This document shows positions 29,813 through 39,800 of a DNA stretch of 64,000 bases, piece by piece. The stretch's first letter is position 1. Each line of letters begins with the position of its first letter. The DNA lies in NCBI GenBank assembly GCA_963674595.2, contig CAXXFV010000016.1:576001-640000 (forward strand). Direction: 5' to 3'. A model generated the notes under the pieces. The model did not search any database, was not told the origin of the DNA, and saw only the letters and a program-made list of their open reading frames with translations. The stretch comes from a bacterium. GTDB lineage: Bacteria > Zhuqueibacterota > Zhuqueibacteria > Residuimicrobiales > Krinioviventaceae. The position numbers and the translations under genes were made by a program.

Positions 29813-31033
29813 ATGGCAAAACGTTTATATTATTTCACAAATGAAAGAGTTCCCAGTCAATCGGCATGCACCATACAACAAATGAACATGTGTGAGGCCT
29901 TTGCTGACTGCGGATATGACGTTACGTTTGTTCGGCCATTTTATTTGGAATTAGCTAAAAGTAAAACCTCTGATATATTTGAATACTATCAGGTAAAACA
30001 AAATTTTAAAATTCGTACGCTTTTTACCTTGCTAAGTTTAAGCAAGCCAAGACGGACCATGATGAACAGGGGCAAAGTTAAACTGGCCTTTATCGGCGGA
30101 TTGTCGATGGTGATTGTTACCTGGTGTTATGCTTTTCTTTTGTTGTTAAAAGGTTCGTTGAATAGCGATACCATTATTTTTTCACGTAACCTGAATGCCG
30201 CTCTGGTTTTTTTGAAATTCCGTCGGGTTTTTAAAAGAGCATCGTGTAAGGTGATTTTTGAAGCGCACTCGTTGTCACAACCACGAAGGCAATCTTTTTT
30301 TACACAGGTTTTACAACAGGCTGATGTAATTGTGGCCATTACAGAAACCTTAAAGAATGCGATAGTTGAAAAGTATACTATTCAACCTGTTAAGGTCATT
30401 GTACAACCGGATGGGATAAACGCGCAACGGGTGCAGCATGTTGTTCACAAACAAAATGCCCGTAATAAAATTAATATTCCTTATCCCTATGAAAACCTGA
30501 TTGTATACACCGGGCAAATTATTGCAGGAAAAGGTGTTAAGGTTTTTATCAAGGCTGCATCGTATTTTGATGAAAGGACAATATTTGTTGTTGTTGGAGG
30601 TACTCCGCAAAGCATAGATGAAATTAAATTAAAAACAGATGCTGATAAATTGCACAACCTGTTTTTTACCGGATTTGTTTTGCCGGCTGATGTTGTTTAT
30701 TATCAGGCTGCGGCTGATGTGCTTGTGCTTCCGAACACACAGTCCGGTTTCATTCATGAATATACATCACCTTTAAAGCTTTTTGAATATATGGCTTCAA
30801 AGAGGCCGATCGTTGCCAGCAATTTACCGGTTTTTCATGAAATTTTGCAGCACGAAAAAAATGCATTATTGGTTGAACCCGGAAATGAAATTGAATTGGC
30901 AAATTCTGTAAAACAGCTATTATCTGATTCCGAACTCGGATATAAGCTATGTAAAAATGCATTTGAAAAAGTGTCTGACTATACTTGGGAAAAACGGGCC
31001 TTAAAAATTTCAGAGTTTGTAGAGTCCTTATAG
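29813..31033 (+). CDS. GT4 glycosyltransferase
   Basis: YTGQIIAGKGV, SPLKLFEYMAS and YTWEKRA motifs. Confidence 0.9.
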   Translation: MAKRLYYFTNERVPSQSACTIQQMNMCEAFADCGYDVTFVRPFYLELAKSKTSDIFEYYQVKQNFKIRTLFTLLSLSKPRRTMMNRGKVKLAFIGGLSMVIVTWCYAFLLLLKGSLNSDTIIFSRNLNAALVFLKFRRVFKRASCKVIFEAHSLSQPRRQSFFTQVLQQADVIVAITETLKNAIVEKYTIQPVKVIVQPDGINAQRVQHVVHKQNARNKINIPYPYENLIVYTGQIIAGKGVKVFIKAASYFDERTIFVVVGGTPQSIDEIKLKTDADKLHNLFFTGFVLPADVVYYQAAADVLVLPNTQSGFIHEYTSPLKLFEYMASKRPIVASNLPVFHEILQHEKNALLVEPGNEIELANSVKQLLSDSELGYKLCKNAFEKVSDYTWEKRALKISEFVESL

Positions 31034-31094
31034 TTATATATTTTATTTAAAAAAATGTTGGATAATTTAATGATTTATCTTATATAAATATGAT

Positions 31095-32549
31095 ATGGAA
31101 AAACCGAAAAACATACTTTTAATTACAATAGACAGTTTGCGATATGATCATTTATCGGCATATGGCTATGATAAAGAAACAACGCCGAATTTGGATATGC
31201 TCGCCGCTGATGGAACGCTATTTGAAAATGTCATTGCGCCGGCTAACTGGACCGGTGCGGCTATCGCTTCCATTTTAACCGGACTTTATCCAACCAGTCA
31301 CGGATATACGAATCTACGATATTTTCTTGATAATGAAATTAAAACATTACCGGGTATTCTTCAGGAAAACAATTACAAAACCGTATGTTTTTCCAACAAT
31401 ATGTACATTAGTTCCAGGACCGGACTGGCACAGGGTTTTGATCAGTTTTTCTATCAGGGGGGACTTGATGCAGACCGTAAAAGCAATCCTAAAAAATCGT
31501 ATCATTCTCTAACTGCTCAAGTGAAAAAAATGCTGCCGCACCGTTTAAAATCTCATTTGCGGGATGTTATTGATTCCACCAATATTCAAAAAAGTTTAAA
31601 ACGGGACGACGGTGCCTGTAAAACAGAAAAAGCCTTTAAAAAGTGGCACACTGCTCAAAACAATGACAATACTCCTTTTTTTGCTTATATCCATTACCAG
31701 GAACCCCATTCGATTTATTTTCCGCCCAGGCCATATCGAAAACGTTTTTTCAGCGGTTCATGGTTAAAAGAAAGTTCTTATTTAAAATTTGACCATATCG
31801 GATATTATGCCGGACAAGTTGATTTCTCTGAACAAGACATACAGCATTATCAGGAATTATATGACGGGGAAATTGCTTATCTTGACTGGCGGATTGGCAG
31901 ACTGTTTGATTATTTAAAAGAACAGAATATTTTTGACAACACCCTTATTATTGTTACTGCGGACCACGGTGAATTGTTTGGCGAGAATGGTTATCTGTGG
32001 CATGCATTCTGTTTGCATGACTCATTAATCAAAGTACCTATGATTATTCATTTCCCTGAATGGTTTGCCAGGGGAACGAATACGAATCTTGTTCAAACTA
32101 ATGATATTGTGCCGACTATTTGTGACGGACTGGGTATTAATTGGGAATATGAGAGTGAAAAACAGGCTTTTTCATTTCTATCATCCAAATCACGAAACGC
32201 TGCATTGACCGAAACATATAGCCCTGAAAAAATGATTGATCGTTGGCTGAAAAGAAGAACGGATCTTGACAAGGAAGAGTTTACGCAATATATTCGGGAT
32301 ATAAAAAGTTATCGGACATTATCTGAAAAATATATTTGGGGTTCAGACGGTTGGAATGAACTCTATGATTTGACTGCTGATCCTTTAGAAAAGGAAAATT
32401 TGATAGATCGTCGTTCTGAACAGGCCCAATTTTTATCGCAGAAACTTTCAGAATGGAATGAGACATTACGGCCTCATGTGGCTGACCCTACTCATCCGGG
32501 GTTTGATAAAGACACCTGGGAAAAGTTAAAGGCACTTGGATATGCATAA
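31095..32549 (+). CDS. Sulfatase-like hydrolase/transferase lacking the canonical CxPxR motif
   Basis: NILLITIDSLRYDHL, WTGAAIASILTG, EPH, YDGEI, TADHGE, ELYDL; ends KLKALGYA; no signal peptide. Confidence 0.85.
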   Translation: MEKPKNILLITIDSLRYDHLSAYGYDKETTPNLDMLAADGTLFENVIAPANWTGAAIASILTGLYPTSHGYTNLRYFLDNEIKTLPGILQENNYKTVCFSNNMYISSRTGLAQGFDQFFYQGGLDADRKSNPKKSYHSLTAQVKKMLPHRLKSHLRDVIDSTNIQKSLKRDDGACKTEKAFKKWHTAQNNDNTPFFAYIHYQEPHSIYFPPRPYRKRFFSGSWLKESSYLKFDHIGYYAGQVDFSEQDIQHYQELYDGEIAYLDWRIGRLFDYLKEQNIFDNTLIIVTADHGELFGENGYLWHAFCLHDSLIKVPMIIHFPEWFARGTNTNLVQTNDIVPTICDGLGINWEYESEKQAFSFLSSKSRNAALTETYSPEKMIDRWLKRRTDLDKEEFTQYIRDIKSYRTLSEKYIWGSDGWNELYDLTADPLEKENLIDRRSEQAQFLSQKLSEWNETLRPHVADPTHPGFDKDTWEKLKALGYA

Positions 32550-34581
32550 GGTCGAAGATGTATCAATACAACCGGCCTTGTCAGCCCAAGCCGGTATAGA
32601 TAGTATGAACGACAATAACGATAAAAAAGTTAAAATACTATTTATAATACCATCGTTTCGTGTTGGTGGTGCTGAAATACAGTTGTTGACTCTGTTGAAA
32701 GGTATTGATAAAAATAGGTTTGAGCCGTTTGTTGCTGTGTTTTATTCTGACAAAGGTTTGGACCCATTTTTTAATAAAATAACCGGCATTAAAATTTTTT
32801 ATTTGAAAAAAAATCGTGCCTTTGATTTTCAATCTATACTGAAATTACATAAATTAATAAAAAAATATAATTTTCAAATTATACAAGCTTTTAATATTTC
32901 AGCGAGATTACTTGGCTTCATTCTTGCAAAGGTTAATACGGTACCTGTAACCATTTTAACCGAACGAAGTGCTAATCTGTTATATACTTCGTTAGGCAGC
33001 CGATTTTACCTGTTCTTTGAAAAATATGCTCTGCGATATGCTTCTTTGGTAGTCGCAAACAGCTATGCCGGCAGAAAATTTTTGCTTTCTCGTGGAGTAC
33101 CATCAAATTCTATTAAAGTGATTTATAACGGTCTGGACCCAGAGCGGCTTTGTGTTCGCCGTTCAAAAGAGGAGATACTGGAACAGTTTGACTTGCAGCG
33201 TGCATCTCATGTGGTTGCTTTTGTAGCGCGTCTGGAAGAACAAAAAGATCCTCTTACCTTTTTACAGGCAGCAAAAAAAATATCAGAAACGCACACCACA
33301 ACGTTCTTTTTATATATCGGTGATGGTCCGTTAACATCTTTGGTTAAAAAATATGCAGAGGATTGGAGTATAGCTGATAAAATAATTTTTACCGGATATC
33401 AAAATAATGTTGCTGATTTTTGGCAAATAATTGATATTTTAGCTGTTACTTCTCAAAAAGTTGAAGGATGTTCCAATGTTATTTTGGAAGCTATGACTTT
33501 TGGCAAGCCTGTGGTTGCGACGGATGTTGGTGGTAATAGTGAAATTGTAAAAAATGGAAAAACCGGATTTTTAGTTCCATCAAAAGATTCATCAAGTTTA
33601 GCTGAAAAAATTATTCTTTTATTAAATGATAAGATTTTATACGGGCAAATTAGTACGGCAGCAAAAGAAGAAGCTCTTGTTCGTTTTTCATCTGAGAGAA
33701 TGGTCAGTTCTTATGAAACACTTTATAACGATTTATTAAAACAAAACAGGATGAATAGAAACAAGAAAGTCGATATGAATATGGAAACGCAGAACAAAAA
33801 CGGACGGGCTAACGTACTTGGTTTCGAGGTCGATAAAATGACTTTGGAAAGTTGTGTGTTACGTCTTGAAGAAGCCATATCTTTACGGCAGGTGAAACAT
33901 ATTGTTTTGGTTAATGCTGCTAAATTGGTCAAAGCACGATATGACATTGAATTGGCGAATATAATTCGTCATGCAGACCTTGTTGGTGCAGATGGTGTTC
34001 CTGTTGTATGGGCATCCAAATTGTTTGGTGATGCTTTGCCAGGCCGTGTTAATGGAACAGATTTAATGGAGCGGCTGATTGAAGAAGCAGCAAAAAAAGA
34101 ATATCGTATTTTCTTTTTAGGTGCTCAGGAAGAGGTGATAACCAAAGCAATTGAAAACCTTAAAGAACAATATCCAGGTTTGAAAATTGCCGGCTACCGA
34201 AACGGATATTTTAATTCGCAAGAGGATGAAGAAGAAACAGTTCAAAAAATTTCAGCATCCAATGCCGATATTTTATTTGTAGGCATGGGCTCTCCGATGA
34301 AAGAAAAATGGGTCCGAAAGTATATTAATAATCTTTCTGTTCCTGTCATTCATGGAGTTGGTGGAAGTTTTGATATACTTGGAGGCTTGACAAAAAGAGC
34401 TCCGGTGTGGATGCAAAGATACGGCATGGAATGGTTATATCGGGTCTATTTGGAACCGAAAAGGTTGTGGAAAAGATATTTAATCACCAATACGTATTAT
34501 GTGGTTCTTGTGGCAAAAGAGATGGTTGTAAAGAGAATAAATAATAAAAATTCAAATAATGGAAAATTCAAAAAACAGTAA
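32536..34581 (+). CDS. Fused GT4 + WecG/TagA/CpsF (GT26) glycosyltransferase
   Basis: N-half GGAE..EGCSNVILEAM..ATDVGG; C-half ADGVPV, RVNGTDL, GMGSPMKE, GVGGSFD, RAPVW, EPKRLWKRY; start may be ATG 32542 or 32605. Confidence 0.88.
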   Translation: MDMHKVEDVSIQPALSAQAGIDSMNDNNDKKVKILFIIPSFRVGGAEIQLLTLLKGIDKNRFEPFVAVFYSDKGLDPFFNKITGIKIFYLKKNRAFDFQSILKLHKLIKKYNFQIIQAFNISARLLGFILAKVNTVPVTILTERSANLLYTSLGSRFYLFFEKYALRYASLVVANSYAGRKFLLSRGVPSNSIKVIYNGLDPERLCVRRSKEEILEQFDLQRASHVVAFVARLEEQKDPLTFLQAAKKISETHTTTFFLYIGDGPLTSLVKKYAEDWSIADKIIFTGYQNNVADFWQIIDILAVTSQKVEGCSNVILEAMTFGKPVVATDVGGNSEIVKNGKTGFLVPSKDSSSLAEKIILLLNDKILYGQISTAAKEEALVRFSSERMVSSYETLYNDLLKQNRMNRNKKVDMNMETQNKNGRANVLGFEVDKMTLESCVLRLEEAISLRQVKHIVLVNAAKLVKARYDIELANIIRHADLVGADGVPVVWASKLFGDALPGRVNGTDLMERLIEEAAKKEYRIFFLGAQEEVITKAIENLKEQYPGLKIAGYRNGYFNSQEDEEETVQKISASNADILFVGMGSPMKEKWVRKYINNLSVPVIHGVGGSFDILGGLTKRAPVWMQRYGMEWLYRVYLEPKRLWKRYLITNTYYVVLVAKEMVVKRINNKNSNNGKFKKQ

Positions 34582-34583
34582 AA

Positions 34584-36830
34584 ATGTGTGTGAGGGTTAT
34601 TGGAATGATTAAACGGTTACAGATTTTGTGGATGTTGCTTGCTGCTATCACGATTGCCAGTTCAAGTGCTTCCGGACAAACAAATACCTGGGTCAGTAAC
34701 GGCCCTTTTGGCGGTAATGTTGTTGCCCTGGCTGCAGATCCTTTGGATGTTAATGTTTTATATGCCGGCATTGATATTGGCGGAATATGGAAAACCATGG
34801 ATGGCGGCCAATCCTGGAGTTCAACCGGTGAAATTTTCAAGTTATTACAGGTTCAGGTGCAAACCATCAAGGTTGATCCTAACGCCAATAATGTAATTTA
34901 TGTAGGTACAAAAATTGGTGGATTTTTTAAAAGTGAAGATGGCGGTATCAACTGGGTAGAACATAATGTTGGGGTTCAATCATACGACATTAGAGATATT
35001 GCCTGTGATGAAAATTTAGCCCAGCATTTGTTTATTGCTACTAAATTGGGTGTTTTTGAATCAAACGATAGTGGAAATTCCTGGACACAGGTAACGACTG
35101 ATTCGTTAAAAAACCTGGAAGTCAATACATTGTTGTATGATTCTCAAAATAGCTATTTATACGCCGGAACAAATGGAGGCGGAATTTATCGTAAAGGTAC
35201 CAGCGATACCTATTGGACCTATACCAGTAATGGTTTAACAAATTTAAATGTTAATGACATTGTTTTAAAATCCTCTGCAACAGGTGAACTTTTAGCTGCT
35301 ACGAACAATAGTGTGTTTCGAAGTATTGATAAAGGTGATAACTGGGCTCCGTTTGGTTTGAACAATGTAGTTGTCAAAGATTTAGTTGTTACATCATCAA
35401 ATTCCAATTTTATTTTTGCTGCTTCCTATGGTGGTGGTGTATATAAAACAATTAATGGTGGATATATATGGACGGAAAACAACAGCGGTTTGGACAATAA
35501 TTATCTGAATTGTATTGCTGTTTCTCCGGTACAAAATTCAGTAATTTATGCCGGTACATTTGGCGGCGGTGTTTTTAAAAGTACGGATTCCGGATTTAGC
35601 TGGCAGGCAGCAAATAACGGTTTAACCAATGCCGAAGTTCAAACAATTATGAGCGATCCCTTTCATGAAAACCATGTGTATGTTGGTGTAAAGGGTGGAG
35701 GCGTGTTTTTTAGTTCAGACTCTACCAAAACATGGACGGCATTAAACGAAGGATTTAAAAATTTAAACGTTATTAAGGTTATTGCCGATCCTTCAACTCC
35801 TGGCACATTTTATGCTGCCGTATGGCAGAGTGGTGTTTATAAAAAGACCAGCGCAAGTAATAGTTGGACACAATTAAAAGAAGGTATGACAAATCAAAAA
35901 ATAAGAGATTTGGCCATCGATAAAGTAAATCCTAATGTGCTTTATGTCGCAACAGAAGGCGGCGGTGTTTTTAAATCCATAAATCAGGGAAGTAACTGGT
36001 CTGTTATGAGTACCGGTTTACCTGATTTGGAGACACGAGCCATTTCTGTTGACCCGACAAATTCCAATATCGTTTATGTTGGTACGGAAAGCGCCGGTTT
36101 ATGGAAATCAACGAATGGTGGTGTAAACTGGTTTCAGGCGAGTTACGGTGTTAATGAATCAGAAGTTCGAACTATTACAATCAATCCCGCAAATCCACAG
36201 GTTGTTTATATTGGAACCTGGGGTGGTGGAATTTATAAATCCATTGACCGTGGTGCTTCCTGGACAATGAAAAGTACCGGACTGGCCGACCGCCTAGTTC
36301 GTTCATGTGATATTGTGACGTCAAACACTTCTGAATTATATGTTGGAACTTATGCCGGTGGTATTTACAAATCTGAAGATGCCGGTGAGTCATGGCAGTC
36401 GTTTATGAATGGTATGACGGAATTTTTTATTCCTGCTATCGCGGTTGATATATATAACTCGAATGTTATTTATGCAGGAACATATACCGGACTGTATAGA
36501 ATCATTCAAACAACGTCTTCTGTTGAACGTTTGACTGATCTTGCTGTACCGGCTCAATTTGAGTTGGATCAGAATTATCCGAATCCATTTAATCCACAAA
36601 CAACTATCGAATTTTCATTGTCAAATACAAGTGAAGTAAATATTTCGGTATTTGATCTTTTAGGTAAAAAAATAAAAACTCTTGTTAATGCCAAAGTCAC
36701 TACAGGCCGATACAGAGTAGACTGGAATGCAACGGACGATTATGGAAATAAAGTAGCCAGTGGTATCTATTTTTATAGAATGACGAGTGACAATTTTGCA
36801 AAAACAATGAGGATGGTAATTACAAAATAG
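34584..36830 (+). CDS. Secreted Asp-box/BNR double beta-propeller protein with T9SS type A-like/FlgD C-terminal domain
   Basis: Signal peptide; 13 (S/T)xDxGxxW-type repeats plus a closing blade; LDQNYPNPFNP..WNATDDYGNKVASGIYFYRM. Confidence 0.85.
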   Translation: MCVRVIGMIKRLQILWMLLAAITIASSSASGQTNTWVSNGPFGGNVVALAADPLDVNVLYAGIDIGGIWKTMDGGQSWSSTGEIFKLLQVQVQTIKVDPNANNVIYVGTKIGGFFKSEDGGINWVEHNVGVQSYDIRDIACDENLAQHLFIATKLGVFESNDSGNSWTQVTTDSLKNLEVNTLLYDSQNSYLYAGTNGGGIYRKGTSDTYWTYTSNGLTNLNVNDIVLKSSATGELLAATNNSVFRSIDKGDNWAPFGLNNVVVKDLVVTSSNSNFIFAASYGGGVYKTINGGYIWTENNSGLDNNYLNCIAVSPVQNSVIYAGTFGGGVFKSTDSGFSWQAANNGLTNAEVQTIMSDPFHENHVYVGVKGGGVFFSSDSTKTWTALNEGFKNLNVIKVIADPSTPGTFYAAVWQSGVYKKTSASNSWTQLKEGMTNQKIRDLAIDKVNPNVLYVATEGGGVFKSINQGSNWSVMSTGLPDLETRAISVDPTNSNIVYVGTESAGLWKSTNGGVNWFQASYGVNESEVRTITINPANPQVVYIGTWGGGIYKSIDRGASWTMKSTGLADRLVRSCDIVTSNTSELYVGTYAGGIYKSEDAGESWQSFMNGMTEFFIPAIAVDIYNSNVIYAGTYTGLYRIIQTTSSVERLTDLAVPAQFELDQNYPNPFNPQTTIEFSLSNTSEVNISVFDLLGKKIKTLVNAKVTTGRYRVDWNATDDYGNKVASGIYFYRMTSDNFAKTMRMVITK

Positions 36831-36833
36831 TAA

Positions 36834-39800
36834 ATGAATAAGATGTTAAAAAATCTCTATTACGTTGGGAGGTTGAAGTTGTTGGGTAAGAAGTCTTTGA
36901 GTATTGTTTTATTTTTAATAGTGCTGCCTTGTATTGCATTAGCTCAAACAGGTGTGATCAGCGATGCTACTATAATACCTCCTGATTATGACACTTTTCA
37001 GATCCCTGAAGAGGTTGGGGGAACCTATGTAGATCCTGTATTTGGAACAGTTGTTCAGAGAATTACCAATTGTTCCCGTTTTGATCAAGACCTTCTTGGT
37101 GGTTATTTTGGTAATAGTGAGATATGTTATTTTAATACAGACGGCTCTTATTTCATCTCTGCCGAAAATGAGATAATAGACGGCAAAAATCTTATAACAA
37201 CTTTTTTATACAACGGAATTACCGGCACCCGAATAAAAATGCTGGGATTGTATGACGGTGCCTTCCGTCCTGAAAGAATACGATGGGCATTGGCTGATAA
37301 ATATAAAAAGAACGGCGAGTATGTAAATTTTGATCCTGTTTATTGTTACTATACATTTGAGGGAAATGAAGTCCGCCTGTATGATGTTCGCGATCTGAAC
37401 AATTATGTTGTCATCCATGCTTTTACTGAATACACAGATATTGGTATGGCTGGTGACGAGGGTGATCTTTCGGATGATGGACGATACTGGGTTTTGGATG
37501 GTGATGCCCACGAAATGTTTGTTTACGATTTAATCGACGACATAAAATATCCTGTCAGTACTTTTGATTTGATGAATTTGGGATCAAAAGGCGATAATGT
37601 CGGTGTTGACTATGCTGCCATTTCAACAAGTGGTGAATACGTCGTTGTCGCCTGGGGAACGGCGGCCGCACTTGGCGAGCAATTTCATGGTATCGAAGTA
37701 TATGATAAAAACTGGAATTATTTACGCCAGCTACACCCCGGAATTATTCATTGGGAGATTGGTAGAGATTCCTTTGGTGATGAAGTTATTTATACAGCCG
37801 CTACATTTGAATTTAAAGAATACTTTGCTTCAGCAGGCGCTGTGCCGGGTGATATTATTTCCATTCGTCTTTCAGACGGAAATATCCGTTTGCTAAAACA
37901 TATCCCAAAGTGGACGCACCTGGTAATGACCGCATGTAACTCTGTATCCAATAGTCCTTACTTGTATGTCTCCATGATGAACCGTTCGGAAGACCCGGAG
38001 GCTTTGTGGTTCCCATTTTGGGGTGAAATTATTGAAATCCCTACAAATGGTTCCGGTGAAGTACGTCGGTTAGTGCATACCCGTTCACGTGAAATTGCGG
38101 GACGTATTGAAAAATACTATCAGCCTGATGCTGTTATTAACAGACAGGGCACAAAAATTCTATATCGAAGTACTTATAACAATACTGTTGGTGATGTTTA
38201 TATGTTTGATGTGGGGAACCGTAACGAGAATGATTCGGTTCCACCGTTAGAACCTTCCAATATTCAGGGAACATCATTAATTAATAGTATCCAGCTTTCA
38301 TGGACAGCCCCGGCCCAGGCCTCGGACGGTGACTTGGCCTCATTTTATAAAGTTTATCGGAATGGTTCACTCATTGCCGAAACTTTTAATGTTCATTATA
38401 CCGACCAGGATTTAAATGAAGCCCAAACATATTCATATCAAATATATTCCGTTGATAATGTTGGGAATGTTTCTGTTGAATCATGTTCCGGTGATTTTCA
38501 AACATTAAGTGATACCGAACCCCCAACACTTTTATCTGTTTCACTGCAAAGCCGCACTCAAATAAGACTTTTATTTTCAGAACCTGTTGATCAAACGACA
38601 ACGGATGATGTAAATAATTATCAAATTAATAACGGATTATCCGTTTTATCCGCTGTTTTACAGCCGGACAGCATGTCTGTTCTGTTAACGACCCAGACTA
38701 TTGAGCTGGGTGTTTTATATGAATTGGGACTAGAAAACATTCGGGATGTTTCTGCAAATAGCAATGTTATTGCCGCAGGTACGGTTACAGAGTTTCGGTT
38801 CCTTTCTGATTTTTATGAAGATTTTGAAAATAGTAGTACAGAAAATTGGGAGTTTAGGACTCCACAACGCTGGCAAATAGGTCAATTTGATGGTAATTCT
38901 GCGCTTTATATCACAACGAGTGAATACGAAAATCCTGGTGACTATTTATTGGGCGAATATGCGATTTTGTACGGCGATTTGGTTTTAACCAACCAGTTTA
39001 AAGTATCCTATAATGCAAAAATTCTGGATGATATTTTTTCTAATCAACATGCTGATCATGTTTTTATTTTCAGCTTTACAGATAGTTTGAATTATGAATA
39101 TTTACAATTTCATACATACGATGTTGCCATAAATAAAATAGTAAACGGCGTACGTATCTATTTGGAAAAGTTTCCTTATGAATTTAATTTGGATCAAGAA
39201 TTACATTTAAGCGCGATTTTTGAAAATGATTCTCTTTACGTATTACAAAATGACTTGCCTGTTTTAACAAAGTATTACCCCATTCATACGGCCGGTCGGG
39301 TTGGATTTGGCTCTTTTAATGATGCCGGTTGGTTTGATAATATAAATTTAGAAAATATAGGCGAGATTGATTTATCTGTTCCCGAACCTCCAACATCTCT
39401 CTACAGTTCAGGAGGTACAATAAATAGCCTTATCTTGCAGTGGACTGCTCCAATTCAACCGGAATTGTTTTATCGAATTTATCGGGATGATGTTTTAATT
39501 GGTGAATCCACTGATCCCGTTTTTACCGATACCGGTCTTGAAACTATAAAAACATATCATTATAAAGTTTACTCTGTAAATTACTCTGGCGTGCAAAGTG
39601 AAGTAGCCGCATCCGGGAGTTTTGCAACATCTTCTGATGTTGAGGCCCCTGAAATAACTGCCATGCACATAAACAGCCGAACTGAAATTCATTTGGAATT
39701 TAGTGAACCGGTTGAACAAAATTCTGCAGAGAATACATCGAATTATGTTATTGACAACCAGATAAATGTTCTTCAGGCAACTTTATCAGATGATTCTCTT

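Noticed and set aside
34684-36500. Regularly spaced repeats as a CRISPR array or DNA repeat
   Set aside because: The periodicity is protein-level propeller blades with diverged codons; there are no identical DNA repeats with spacers.
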